DNA of 64,000 bases, taken from NCBI RefSeq assembly GCF_963921235.1, contig NC_086097.1:143406001-143470000 (forward strand), given 5' to 3'. Positions 29,010-41,338 of this stretch are shown in pieces; within the stretch, counting starts at the first letter, position 1; the number at the start of each line of letters is the position of its first letter. A program made the position numbers and the translations under genes. Source of the stretch: Mobula hypostoma. Taxonomy: Eukaryota. Below the pieces are notes generated by a model. The model did no database searches. It worked only from the letters and a program-made list of their open reading frames with translations, and was not told the origin of the DNA.

Positions 29010-30700
29010 GGAAGACTTGAGAAAGCACTGGTCGGAAGCACTTGACAAACATCGGATTTCTTTGAGGTAGGCAGCCTATTAGGCGGTTTAAAAAAAGTAC
29101 CTACTGTATGGTAGACTATAGGATGTCCCCACAAATTCAATGTTCAAGATTGAAGACTGGCTACTGTCATTCTCCAGTATGCAAGTGTACAAGAGAACAA
29201 AATGATTGTTACTCTGGATCTGATATAGCATTGAAAATGCAATAAACATAAATATAAAAACAAATAAAAATACACTGGAAATAACTCATATTCTTCAGCA
29301 GCCCTGATTAAAATTGAGTGATAATGAAAATGTTATCTAACCTTTGTTGTGAAAAGGGTCTCGGTCTGAAACGTCGACTATCTATTCATTTTCATAGATG
29401 CTGCCTGACCTGCTGAGTTCCTCCAGTATTTTGTGTGTGTTGCATTGTAATCAATTAATCTATCAAAGATCCTGAAGTGACACAGGTATAATCCCTGTGG
29501 TGGAAAGTTGGCAAAGAGAGTTGTTCCTCAGCCTGCATTTACAACACCTTATGCCTGACATTACTCAAAGTTATTTGACTTCTATTGAATGTTGTCCATT
29601 TCTAGTATATCTCTAATGTTTCCCTGAAACTGAAAATTCACATTTTGGAAAGGTAGGGATGAGGCGTATTCCCTCATTTAAAAGGTGATACCACTGACAG
29701 TTCAGCATTCCCTCAGCACTGCTTTAAGGTGTTAACCTCATCTACACTCCTAAATTGCCGATTCCACGTGAAATGAGAAAACATTATCATTGGAGATAAA
29801 GGACTGAAACCTTTGTACTGTATGATAAAGCATTCTTTTTTCACTACATCATTACCTTGCTAATTGCAGCTATCATGGAGTAAGGAAGAAATAAATCAAT
29901 TTAAAGGGAGAAAAGATCAGTACGTTTCCGTTTCTGGTTCCCAGGAGATGCTTTAAATATGCACAGTTCTGTTCAAAGTGTCACAGATGTCCTTGAGGCA
30001 ACAACCGGCTTCTCAATTACAAACAGCAGCCTTTTCCAACCATGATCTAGAAAGTGTTACTTGTTTCTGCTCTGGGGGAGCGAAAACAGCAAATAGCCAT
30101 TATCTTCACAAAGTTCTGCTTCTTTCTCTGAATAAAAAGCACCCAATTAATATCTAGTGAGCTTTATGGGATGATTGGTGTGACTGTGATCAAAGTCATG
30201 GGAGAGACACTGAAGCTGGTGATATAGAAGTCTTTACTTGTCACAGCAAGCACACATTCTTGTGGAGACACTCATAATAGAGTCTCATAAACTCGAATGT
30301 ATATCACATTTTAATACCTTTAAGATCAAAGATAACAGTAGGTGATACAATGCAACTTCAATAATTACAATGACATTGTTTACTTCAATACTTTGGGTTG
30401 ACAATGCTTCCTTTGAATTACATATCTACAGGGGAGACACCTCTGAACATTCGAACACCTGCTGGGACAAACTAACTAGCACAGATATTCTAAAAACCTC
30501 TTAAGAGTCCAATGCCTAAGATTAGTGTTGTCAGGGGTGACACTGAGAACAGCTACTAATTGCAATTATATCTGTGACAACATCAGCCTGGTGTGACAGC
30601 TTGAACTCAAGACATAATGGAGCAAGTAACTTAACTATGTAATACACACTAAATGCTGGAGGAACTCAGCAGGCCAGGCAGTATTTATGGAAAAGAGTAC

Positions 30701-30735
30701 AGTCGATGTTTCAGGCCATGACCTTTCATCAGGAC
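30701..30735 (-). ncRNA. Minimal type I hammerhead-ribozyme motif in a Penelope-derived repeat
   Basis: Minus strand gtc-CTGATGA-aaggtcatggcct-GAAA-c-ATC-gac: both catalytic-core strands, stem II and a short stem I. Confidence 0.55.
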
Positions 30736-31524
30736 ATATTGCCTGATTTGATGCAAGCCAATTAACATAACTCCATTGTCTTCATGCTTGGCTGATGCAT
30801 ATGTGAACGTCTCATGGTCGCCATTTTGCAAACTATATCTCTTAGTCCGTGAGCATCCTGTGCTCCACTGACAGTGCAAAGGCATGCTTCTAACTTCAAT
30901 TTACTGTTTACAATTTATAATCCACATTAAGACCTGAATACTGGTTCTTGTTTGCAGTAATATCTGCTATGTTCACATAACTCCAGAATACTGCCTAACA
31001 ATGGTTATAATAATCAATATTGTTAACAGCTAAGAATTAGTGATCTTTCTCGTAAATTGGCATGGAAATAAGCTGGAGGAAATGTAGTGGGTAACTAGTG
31101 TTATTCCCAAGTCAATTAATGTTCTTAGGCTGCATATGGTGACAATACTAAAGCCAGCCAAAATGGCTTGGGTAAGGAAAACTCCCAGCCAATGATTACC
31201 TGGCTACCTGATTGAGATTGATTTTATACATAGAATTAATATATAAATTCTCACTCATTTTATTTTCTGGATAAAAATCTTTGTTTTTACTAGGAGATTC
31301 CCACTGCTGTCTGTAAAGAGCTTGTACATTCTCCCCACGAATGTGTGGAATTCCCCTGGTGTTCCAGTTCTTTCCCACAATCCGAAGACGTACCAGTTGG
31401 TAGGTCATTGTAAATTGTCCTGTGATTAGGCAAGGGTTAAATTGCGAGTTGCTGGCCGGCGTGGATGGAAGGGCTGGGAGGTTCTATTCCACGCTGTATT
31501 CCGATAAATAAAATAAATACCCAG

Positions 31525-32559
31525 CAACACACACAAAAAATGCTGGTGAATGCAGCAGGCCAGGCAGCATCTATAGGAAGAGGTACAGTCAACGTTTCGG
31601 GCCGAGACCCTCTGTCAGGACTAACTGAAAGAAGAGATAATAAGAGATTTGAAAGTGGGAGGGGGAGGGGGAGATCCGAAATTATAGGAGAAGACAGGAG
31701 GGGGAGGGATGAAGCAAAGAGCTGGAAATTTGATTGGCAAAAGGGATATGAGGCTGGAGAAGGGGGAGTATCATGAGACAGAGGCCTACCCAGACAGTCC
31801 TTCCAGGTGAGGCAACACTTCACCTGTGAGTCGGCTGGGGTGATATACTGCGTCCGGTGCTCCCGATGCGGCCTTCTATATATTGGCGAGACCTGACGCA
31901 GGCTGGGAGACCGTTTCGCTGAACACCTGCGCTCTGTCCGCCAGAGAAAGCGTGATCTCCCAGTGGCCACACATTTTAATTCCTTGTCCCATTCCCATTC
32001 TGATATTTCTATCCACGGCCTCCTCTACTGTAAAGATGAAGCCACACTCAGGTTGGAGGAACAACACCTTATATTCCATCTGGGTAGTCTCCAACCTGAT
32101 GGCATGAACATTGACTTCTCCAACTTCCGTTAATACCCCACCTCCCCTTCTCCCCTTTGTACCCCATCCGTTATTTATTTATTTATTTATTATTATTATC
32201 AATTTTTTTTCTCTCTCTCTCTCCTTTTTCTCCCTCTGTCCCTCTCACTATACTCCTTGCCCATCCTCTGGGCTTCCCTCCCCCTTTCTTTCTCCCTAGG
32301 CCTCCGGTCCCATGATCCTCTCCCTTCTCCAGCCTCATACCCCTTTTGCCAATCAACTTTCCTGCTCTTAGCTCCATCCCTCCCCCTCCTGTCTTCTCCT
32401 ATCATTTTGGATCTCCCCTCCCTCTCCCACTTTCAAATCTCTTACTATCTCTTCTTTCAGTTAGTCCTGACGAAGGGTCTTGGCCCGAAACATCGACTGT
32501 ACCTCTTCCTATAGATGCAGCCTGGCCTGCTGCATTCCACCAGCATTTTGTGTGTGTTG
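31525..32559 (+). mobile_element. Penelope-like 3' fragment (GIY-YIG) flanked by ~263-bp inverted repeats
   Basis: 31525-31788 is the reverse complement of 32297-32559; the interior translates HFTCESAGVIYCVRCSRCGLLYIGET*RRLGDRFAEH...EEQHLIFHLGSLQPDGMN. Confidence 0.9.
32463..32498 (+). ncRNA. Minimal type I hammerhead-ribozyme motif in Penelope 3' repeat
   Basis: agtc-CTGACGA-agggtcttggccc-GAAA-c-ATC-gact; stem I agtc/gact, stem II gggtc/ggccc. Confidence 0.65.
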
Positions 32560-34524
32560 AATAAGCTAAATATACTTCTGCCAGTTGTCAGCAGTATGAA
32601 TATTATAAGTATAAATTCAGCACAGCAGCTTTTATTATTTTGTGAGCAATGACTGATTTCCATATATACACCTTTTCCCATATTCTTTAATCTCTTTGGC
32701 AAATTAGATATGCTGTCAGGTTTAAATAATTGACCTGGCATTGATTCACATTTTTGGAAGAGTTGCAAACATCTTTTCCATCTGCCTGCTAAATCGCATC
32801 TTGCTTCACTTCTAAAAGGCCCTGGCTTTAATTTTTAGATGACTTTCACTTCTCTGATACCATCCAATTAGTGGAACCACCTTCTGTCTCCTCGATGCCA
32901 CTAATATCTTGGAAGATGATCAAATCGACCTTCAAGCTTCTGCCTTCCAGGGGATGCAAATCTCTTTAACTCTTGGAATGCAGAGATCACTTAATGAACC
33001 TATACATCAATCCCTCCAAGAAATTTAATGGAAGGAGGATTAAAGGATTAATGAAAAGCGTAAATTTAAGCAACACCAGGGGTTGAATTAGTAGGTTAGG
33101 ATTCAAGCTTCACTTCCAAGGTTTGAGTAATTAATAGATGTGTTTAATTTGACAATCCAGTGCAGTATTGCAGGTGTGCTGCATTGTCAGAGCACTGTCT
33201 TACAATCAAAAGATCTTACAGAACAATTGAAAGACAACTGCCTGGTTTCCTTGGCCAAATTCCACTCTCAATTAATATCACAAACAGGTACTATGTAATC
33301 ATTTACTTTGTTGTTATGTGGCAATTAGCTCCTATTACTACACTGCACCACTACCGTGACCTTAAATCAACAAGATGCCATCGATTTTGAAATGTTTCGT
33401 AAATATGAAGGGCGTTGTTTTTTTAAAATTTAGATGGATAAAACAGATGGCCAATTACTGCTTTCTCTTTTCTTCGTAAACTGTCCAAGTAAATGATCTT
33501 TGCTTTATCATCAGCTCTACATGCAGCCATTTGCTTTTCTTCCCTGCATTATTTGTAATGCTCTGGTACTTTGTGTTTCCAATGCAACTGCCTGAGGCCC
33601 CTTCTGTCTCCAAATATTAGTCACTTTATATAAAATCTGGGGCAGAGACAACATCACAGCATACGCGAGACGGGAAAGATTAGGGAGCTGATTTTATTTC
33701 TTTTTGCTTTTTTCCTTTTGATAATCACTTTGATATTTCAATTAAATTTAAATGTACTGTAGCTTATTTTATCATGTAACATTTGATCAGCTATTACTCT
33801 GCTCAGATATAAATTTAAAAAGTTAAACTGTCATTTCCCAAAAATAGAGTCATCACATTTCTACAATTATTGCTGGAGTTATGATTTTTTATTCATATTT
33901 GTATATTTCTACCACATTGAGCCTGTTGTGATCTAAGGGATATGGGAACATAGAGCACAGCACTGTTTGGGCCCTTCGACACATAATGTTGTGCTGTCAT
34001 ATAAACCTTCTCCAGAACCTCTCCTTCACAGCCCATAGCCCTCCATTTTTCTTACATCTGTGTACCTATCTAAGAGTCTCTCAATTGTCCTGCCGTACCA
34101 GCCTCTACCACCACTCCAAGCAGTGCATCCCTACCACCATCTGTATAAAAAACCTACCTCCGAATCTCCCCTAAACTTTCATCCACTCTCCTTAAACACA
34201 TGCCCTCTGGTATTGATAATTGCCACACCGGGGTAAAGGTGCTGGCTGTCCACTCTATCCATGCCTCTCATAATCTTATCAAGTAGCCTCCCTTCCTCTG
34301 TGGCTCCAAAGGAAAAAAAGCATTAGTTCATGCAAACTATCTTCATAAGATACATTCTCTAATACAGGTAGAATCCTGGTAAATTCCTCTGCACCCTATC
34401 TGAAGTTTCCACATCCTTTCTATAATGAGGTGACTAGAAATGAACACAATACTCCAAGTGTGGCCTAACCAGAGTTTTACGGAGCTGCAACATTACTTCA
34501 CAGCTCTTGTACTTAATCTCCCTG

Positions 34525-37289
34525 CAGAGACTTGGCTGGCACCAGGGCAGGAATGGATTCTCAATATTCCTGGATTTCAGTGCTTTGAAAGGGATAGAGA
34601 AGGGAGAAAAAGGGGAGGAGGGGTGGCATTACTGGTCAGGGATACTATTATAGCTACAGAAAGGGTGGGTAATGTAGCAGGATCCTCTTTTGAGTCAATA
34701 TGGGTGGAAGTCAGGAACAGGAAGGGAGCAGTTACTTTACTGGGGGTATTCTATAGGCCCCCTGGTAGCAGCAGAGATACTGAGGAGCAGATTGGGAGGC
34801 AGATTTTGGAAAGGTGCAACAATAACAGGGTTGTTGTCATGGGTGACTTTAACTTCCCTAACATCGATTGGCACCTGATTAGTTCCAATGGCTTAGATGG
34901 GGCAGAGTTTGTTAAGTGTTTCCAAGATGGATTACTGTCACAGTATGTTGGCAGGCTGACTAGAGGGAATGCCATACTTGATCTAGTATTAGGTAACGAA
35001 CCAGGTCAGTTCACAGATCTCTCCATGGGTGAGCATCTGGGGGACAGTGACTACCGCTCCCTGGCCTTTAGCATTATCATGGAAAAAGATAGAATCAGAG
35101 AGGACAGGAAAATTTTTAATTGGGGAAGGGCAAATTATGAGGCTATGAGGCTAGAACTTGCGGGTGTGAATTGGGATGATGTTTTTGCAGGGAAATGTAC
35201 TATGGACATGTGGTTGATGTTTAGGGATATCTTGCAGAATGTTAGGGATAAATTTGTCCCGGTGAGGAAGATAAAGAATGGTAGGGTGAAGGAACCATAG
35301 GTGACAATTGAGGTGGAAAATCTAGTCAGGTGGAAGAAGGCAGCATACATGAGATTAGGAAGTAAGGATCAGATGGGTCTATTGAGGAATATAGGGAAGC
35401 AAGAAAGGAGCTTAAGAAGGGGCTGAGGAGAGCAAGAAGGGGGAATGAGAGGGCCTTGGCGAGTAGGGTAAAGGAAAACCCCAAGGCATTCTTCAATTAT
35501 GTGAAGAACAAAAGGATGACAGGAGTGAAGGTGGGACTGATTAGAGATAAAGTTAGGAAGATGTGCCTGGAGGCTGTGGAAGTGAGCGAGGTCCTCAATG
35601 AATACTTCTCTTCGGTATTCACCAATGAGAGGGAACTTGATGATGGTGAGGACAATATGAGTGAGGTTGATGTTCTGGAGCATGTTGATATTAAGGGAGA
35701 GGAGGTGTTGGAGTTGTTAAAATACATCAGGACGGATAAGTCCCCGGGGCCTGACGGAATATTCCCCAGGCTGCTCCACGAGGTGAGAGAAGAGATTACT
35801 GAGTCTCTGGCTAGGATCTTTATGTCCTCGTTGTCCACGGGAATGGTACTGGAGGATTGGAGGGAGGCGAATGTTGTTCCCTTGTTCAAAAAAAGTAGTA
35901 GGGATAGTCCGGGTAAATATAGACCAGTGAGCCTTACGTCTGAGGTGGGAAAGCTGTTGGAAAAGATTCTTAGAGGTAGGATCTATAGGCATTTAGAGAA
36001 TCATGGTCTGATCAGGGACAGTCAGCATGGCTTTGTGAAGGGCAGATCGTGTCTAACAAGCCTGATAGAGTTCTTTGAGGAGGTGACCAGGCATATAGAT
36101 GAGGGTAGTGCAGTGGATGTGATCTATATGGATTTTAGTAAGGCATTTGACAAGGTTCCACACGGTAGGCTTATTCAGAAAGTCAGAAGGCATGGGATCC
36201 AGGGAAGTTTGGCCAGGTGGATTCAGAATTGGCTTGCCTGCAGAAAGCAGGGGGTGGTGGTGGAGGGAGTACATTCAGATTGGAGGATTGTGACTAGTGG
36301 TGTCCCACAAGGATCTGTTCTGGGACCTCTACTTTTCATGATTTTTATTAACGGCCTGGATGTGGGGGTAGAAGGGTGGGTTGGCAAGTTTGCAGATGAC
36401 ACAAAGGTTGGTGATGTTGCAGATAGTGTAGAAGATTGTCAAAGATTGCAGAGAGACATTGATAGGATGCAGAAGTGGGCTGAGAAGTGGCAGATTGAGT
36501 TCAACCCAGAGAAGTGTGAGGTGGTACACTTTGGAAGGACAAACTCCAAGGCAGAGTACAAAGTAAATGGCAGGATACTTGGTAGTGTGGAGGAGCAGAG
36601 GGATCTGGGGGTACATGTCCACAGATCCCTGAAAGTTGCCTCACAGGTGGATAGGGTAGTTAAGGAAGCTTATGGTGTGTTAGCTTTCATAAGTCGAGGG
36701 ATAGAGTTTAAGAGTTGCGATGTAATGATGCAGCTCTATAAAACTCTGGTTAGGCCACACTTGGAGTATTGTGTCCAGTTCTGGTCACCTCACTATAGGA
36801 AGGATGTGGAAGCATTAGAAAGGGTACAGAGGAGATTTACCAGAATGCTGCCTGGTTTAGAAAGTATGCATTATGATCAGGGATCAAGGGAGCTAGGGCT
36901 TTACTGTTTGGAGAGAAGGAGAGTGAGAGGAGACATGATAGAGGTGTACAAGATAATAAGAGGAATAGATACAGTGGATAGCCAGCGCCTCTTCCCCAGG
37001 GCACCACTGCTCAATACAAGAGGACATAGCTTTAAGGTAAGGGGTGGGAAGTCCAAGGGGGATATTAGAGGAAGGTTTTTCACTCAGAGAGTGGTTGGTG
37101 AGTGGAATGCACTGCCTGATTCAATGGTGGAGGCAGATACACTAGTGAAGTTTAAGAGACTACTAGACAGATATATGGAGGAATCTAAGGTGGGGGCTTA
37201 TATGGGAGGCAGGGTTTGAGGGTCGGCACAACATTGTGGGCCGAAGGGCCTGTACTGTGCTGTACTATTCTATGTTCTATATTCTATGT
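34525..37289 (+). mobile_element. CR1 LINE, nearly complete ORF2 (endonuclease and RT), disrupted between domains
   Basis: ETWL, GVFYRPP, MGDFN endonuclease motifs to 35300; 587-aa RT frame 35456-37219; (ttctatg)n tail. Confidence 0.93.
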
Positions 37290-38932
37290 TCAATGAATAC
37301 TTCTCTTCGGTATTCACCAATGAGAGGGAACTTGATGACAGTGAGGACAATATGAGTGAGGTTGATGTTCTGGAGCATGTCGATATTAAGGGAAAGGAGG
37401 TGTTGGAGTTGTTAAAATACATTAGGACAGATAAGTCCCCGGGACCTGACGGAATATTCCCCAGGCTGCTCCACGAGGTGAGGGAAGAGATTGCTGAGCC
37501 TCTGGCTAGGATCTTCATGTCCTTGTTGTCTACGGGAATGGTACCGGAGGATTGGAGGGAGTCGAATGTTGTTCCCTTGTTCAGAAAAGATAGTAGGGAT
37601 AGTCTGGGTAATTATAGACCAGTGAGCCTTGCATCTGTGGTGGGAAAGCTTTTGGAAAAGATTCTTAGAGATAGGATCTATAGGCATTTAGAGAATCATG
37701 GTCTGATCAGGGACAGTCAGCATGGCTTTGTGAAGGGCAGATCGTGTCTAACAAGCCTGATAGAGTTCTTTGAGGAGGTGACCAGGCATATAGATGAGGG
37801 TAGTGCAGTGGATGTGATCTACATGGATTTTAGTAAGACATTTGACAAGGTTCCACACAGTAGGCTTATTCAGAAAGTCAGAAGGCATGGGATCCAGGGA
37901 AGTTTGGCCAGGTGGATTCAGAATTGGCTTGCCTGCAGAAAGCAGGGGGTGGTGGTGGAGGGAGTACATTCAGATTGGAGGATTGTGACTAGTGGTGTCC
38001 CACAAGGATCTGTTCTGGGACCTCTACTTTTCATGATTTTTATTAACGGCCTGGATGTGGGGGTAGAAGGGTGGGTTGGCAAGTTTGCAGATGACACAAA
38101 GGTTGGTGATGTTGCAGATAGTGTAGAGGGTAGTCTGAGAAGTGGCAGATTGAGTTCAACCCAGAGAAGTGTGAGGTGGTACACTTTGGAAGGACAAACT
38201 CCAAGGCAGAGTACAAAGTAAATGGTAGTGTGGAGGAGCAGGGGGATCCGGGGGTACATGTCCACAGATCCCTGAAAGTTGCCTCACAGGTGGATAGGGT
38301 AGTTAAGAAAGCTTACGGTGTGTTAGCTTTCATAAGTCGAGGGATAGAGTTTAAGAGTTGCGATGTAATGATGCAGCTCTATCAAACTCTGGTTAGGCCA
38401 CACTTGGAGTATTGTGTCCAGTTCTGGTCACCTCACTATAGGAAGGATGTGGAAGCATTGGAAAGGGTACAGAGGAGATTTACCAGGATGCTGCCTGGTT
38501 TAGAAAGTATGGATTATGATCAGAGATTAAGGGAGCTAGAGCTTTACTCTCTGGAGAGAAGGAGGATGAGAGGAGACATGATAGAGGTATAAAAGAAATT
38601 AAGAGGACTAGATAAAGTGGATAGCCAGCGCCTCTTCCCCAGGGCACCACTGCTCAGTACAAGAGGACATGTCTTTAAGGTAAGGGGTGGGAAGTTCAGG
38701 GGGGATATTAGAGGAAAGTTTTTTACTTAGAGAATGGTTGTTGCATGGAATGCACTGCCTGAGTCAGTGGTGGAGGCAGATACACTCGTGAAATTTGAGC
38801 GACTACTAGACAGGTATATGGAGGAATTTAAGGTGGGGGGGTGGGTTATATGGGAGGCAGGGTTTAAGGGTCGGCACAACGTTGTGGGCCGAAGGGCCTG
38901 TACTGTGCTGTTCTGTTCTATGTTCTATGTTC
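37290..38932 (+). mobile_element. Second CR1 copy head-to-tail with the first
   Basis: Begins at sequence equivalent to 35595 (offset 1695); internal deletions near 38130 and 38225; own 3' tail. Confidence 0.9.
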
Positions 38933-39502
38933 TAATGAAGGTCAGCATATTATATGGCTTTTTAACCTCCCCATGAAATTGTGCAGCATTTTTGAGGGAT
39001 CTATGGACTTGGACCCTAAGATCGCTCTGTTCCTTCACACTGCAAAGAGTCCTACCAGTAGTCTTGTACACAAACTTCAAGTTCAACCTTCCGAAGTGTA
39101 TCACTTTATATTTTCCTGGATTGAACTCTACCTACCACTTCTCTGCCCAACTCTGTATCCTGTCTGTAAACTTCTGACAACTTTCTACACTAACCACCAA
39201 CCTTCATGTCATCTGCAGACTTACTGGCCCACCTGCCCACTTCCTCACTTCCTCATCCAAATCATTGATGAAAATCATGAACAGCAGGGATCCCAGAACA
39301 GATCCCTGTGGAACACTGCTGATAGCTGACAGAACACAGAATACAATCCATCTACTGCCATGCTTCCCTGGGTCCCGTGTTTCATGACTTTCTGGAAGAA
39401 CCTTCGATAGGAAAGTTGACCAGAATTTTACTGAAGAATGAGAAGCTGCAGTTATATGGAATGACTAGGATTGCTCTCCTGAGTTACTGACGGCTACTGT
39501 AT

Positions 39503-39971
39503 GAGGAACATCTCGCATCTCTTGGGCTGTATTCCCTGGAGTTCAAGAGAATGAGGGGGATCTCATAGAAACATTCTGAATGTTAAAAGGCCTGAACAGA
39601 TTAGATATGGCAAGGTTATTTCCCATGGTAGGGGAGTCTAGGACAAGAGGGCATGACTTCAGGATTGAAGGACGTCCATTTAGAACAGAGGTGCGGAAAA
39701 ATTACTTTAGTCAGAGGGTGGTAAATCTGTGGAATTTGTTGCTGAGAGCAATTGTGGAGGCCAAGTCATTGGGTGCATTTAAGGCAGAATTTCTTGTGTT
39801 TGCGTTTTTAAGGCAGAGATAGATAGGTTCTTAATTAGCCAGGGCCTCAAAAGGTATGGGGTGAAGGCAGGGGAGTGGGGGTGACTAGAAGAATTGGATC
39901 AGCCCATGATTGAATGGTGGAGCAGACTTGATGGGCCAAATGGCCTACTTCTTTTCCTATACCTTATGGTC
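39503..39971 (+). mobile_element. CR1 3' fragment
   Basis: LKGLNRLDMARLFPMVGESRTRGH...FSQRVVNLWN; cttatggt tail. Confidence 0.8.
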
Positions 39972-40292
39972 TAACTGGCAGGCCTAAGAAGTTACGTAAG
40001 AAGTTAAAGGGTTTTGAAGTAGAGATTAACTGTGAATCTGTACAAAAGGACATAAGTTTAAGGTAATCTGCAACATTTTTGATGGCATGAATTATGATTT
40101 GGAGTACAGAACGATTGATAAAATTAGATTCAAGAGTAACTTCCAAACAAGGGAATTGGCGAGCTCTTTGCAGTGCGGTTGTGATGAAATGAATCATCTC
40201 CTTCTGGCTGTGAAATTTTATGCAAACATACGGAAATTGCAAGAGAGAAACAAATGACTACAAATGGCAACGTTTCAGCTGTATCTCCTTTT

Positions 40293-40410
40293 GCTAAAAT
40301 GGCGCTGTAAACAACTTTGAAAGCACAATCCCCTGCAAACCCTGACTTGTATGTTACTTATTCATTATCCATTATCTATAACCAGGGCTGCAATCTCAAA
40401 TCCCTTGTGA
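40293..40410 (-). pseudogene. Relic of an actin first coding exon
   Basis: Minus strand reads EIAALVIDNG* then, after an indel, YKSGFAGDCAFKVVYSAIL; DNA match atccattatctataaccagggctgcaatctca vs atccattatctacaaccaaggctgcaatctca at 27571-27600. Confidence 0.8.
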
Positions 40411-40454
40411 TTCAGAGTGTTCAAAATTCATTAGCAATAATAAAAGGTGATTAG

Positions 40455-41338
40455 AGGGATACACACCGTGCAAGCAGTCCAAGTGCTCTACCTGCTGATT
40501 CACCTCCTCCCTCACTTCCATTCAGGGCCCCGAACAGTCCTTCCAGGTGAGGCAACACTTTACCTGCAAACCTGCTGCTATCATCTCCTGATACGGGCTC
40601 CTCTACGTCGGTGAGACCCGTCGTAAATTGGGGGACTGCTCCATCGAGCACCTTCGCTCCATCGCCAAAGATGGAACTTCCCGGTGGCCAAACATTTTAA
40701 TTCCAATTCCCATTCCTGTTCCAACGTGTTGGTCCATGGCCTCCTCTTGTGCCATAATCAGGCTACGTTCTGGGTGGAGGAGCAACACCTTATATTTCAT
40801 CTGGGTAGCCTCCAACCTGATGGCATACAAAAATATTGATATCTCCTTCTGGTTAAAAAAATCCCTCCAACTCCTCTCTTCTTCAATTCCCCACTCTGGC
40901 CTCTTACCTCTTCTCACCTGCCTACCGCCTCCCCCCGAGTCCCCTCCTCCTTCCCTTTCTCCTATGGTCCACTCTCCTCTCTTATCAGATTCCTTCCACT
41001 CCAGCCCTTTACCTTTGCTACCCACCTGGTTTCACCTATAAACTTCTAGCTATCCTCATTCCTCTTTTATTCTGACACCTTCACCCTTCCTTTCCAGTCC
41101 TGAAGAAGGGTCTCAGCCCAAAACGACAACTTGACTGGAGGAACGTTATTTCGTTTTAACTGTATACTGTACCAGCAGCTTATAGTCGAAATGACAATAA
41201 ACTTGACTTGACTTGACTTGTCTTATTCATTTCCATGGATGCTGCCTGACCTGCTGAGTTTCTCCAACATTTTGTGTGTGTGTGTGTGTGTGTGTGTTTT
41301 GCTTTGGATTTCCAGCATCTGCAGAAATCCTCATGTTT
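40455..41338 (+). mobile_element. Penelope-like 3' fragment (GIY-YIG, 3' repeat, decayed hammerhead)
   Basis: cagtccttccaggtgaggcaacactt...ctctacgtcggtgagacc homologous to 31790-32130; ctgaagaagggtctcagccc at ~41100; (TG)12 at 41273-41297. Confidence 0.8.

Larger units (their letters stand above)
33945..39410 (-). mobile_element. Old minus-strand CR1 fragment (33945-34524 and 38933-39410) hosting the tandem CR1 pair
   Basis: ctcttgtacttaatctccctg at ~34524 continues as taatgaaggtcagcat at ~38933, contiguous in CR1 RT. Confidence 0.7.

Noticed and set aside
30590-30780. Weak actin-like matches (ccattatgtcttgagttcaagctgt; GVMLIGLHQ) on minus strand
   Set aside because: Short, spacing inconsistent with actin, and within chance expectation; would need a significant alignment.
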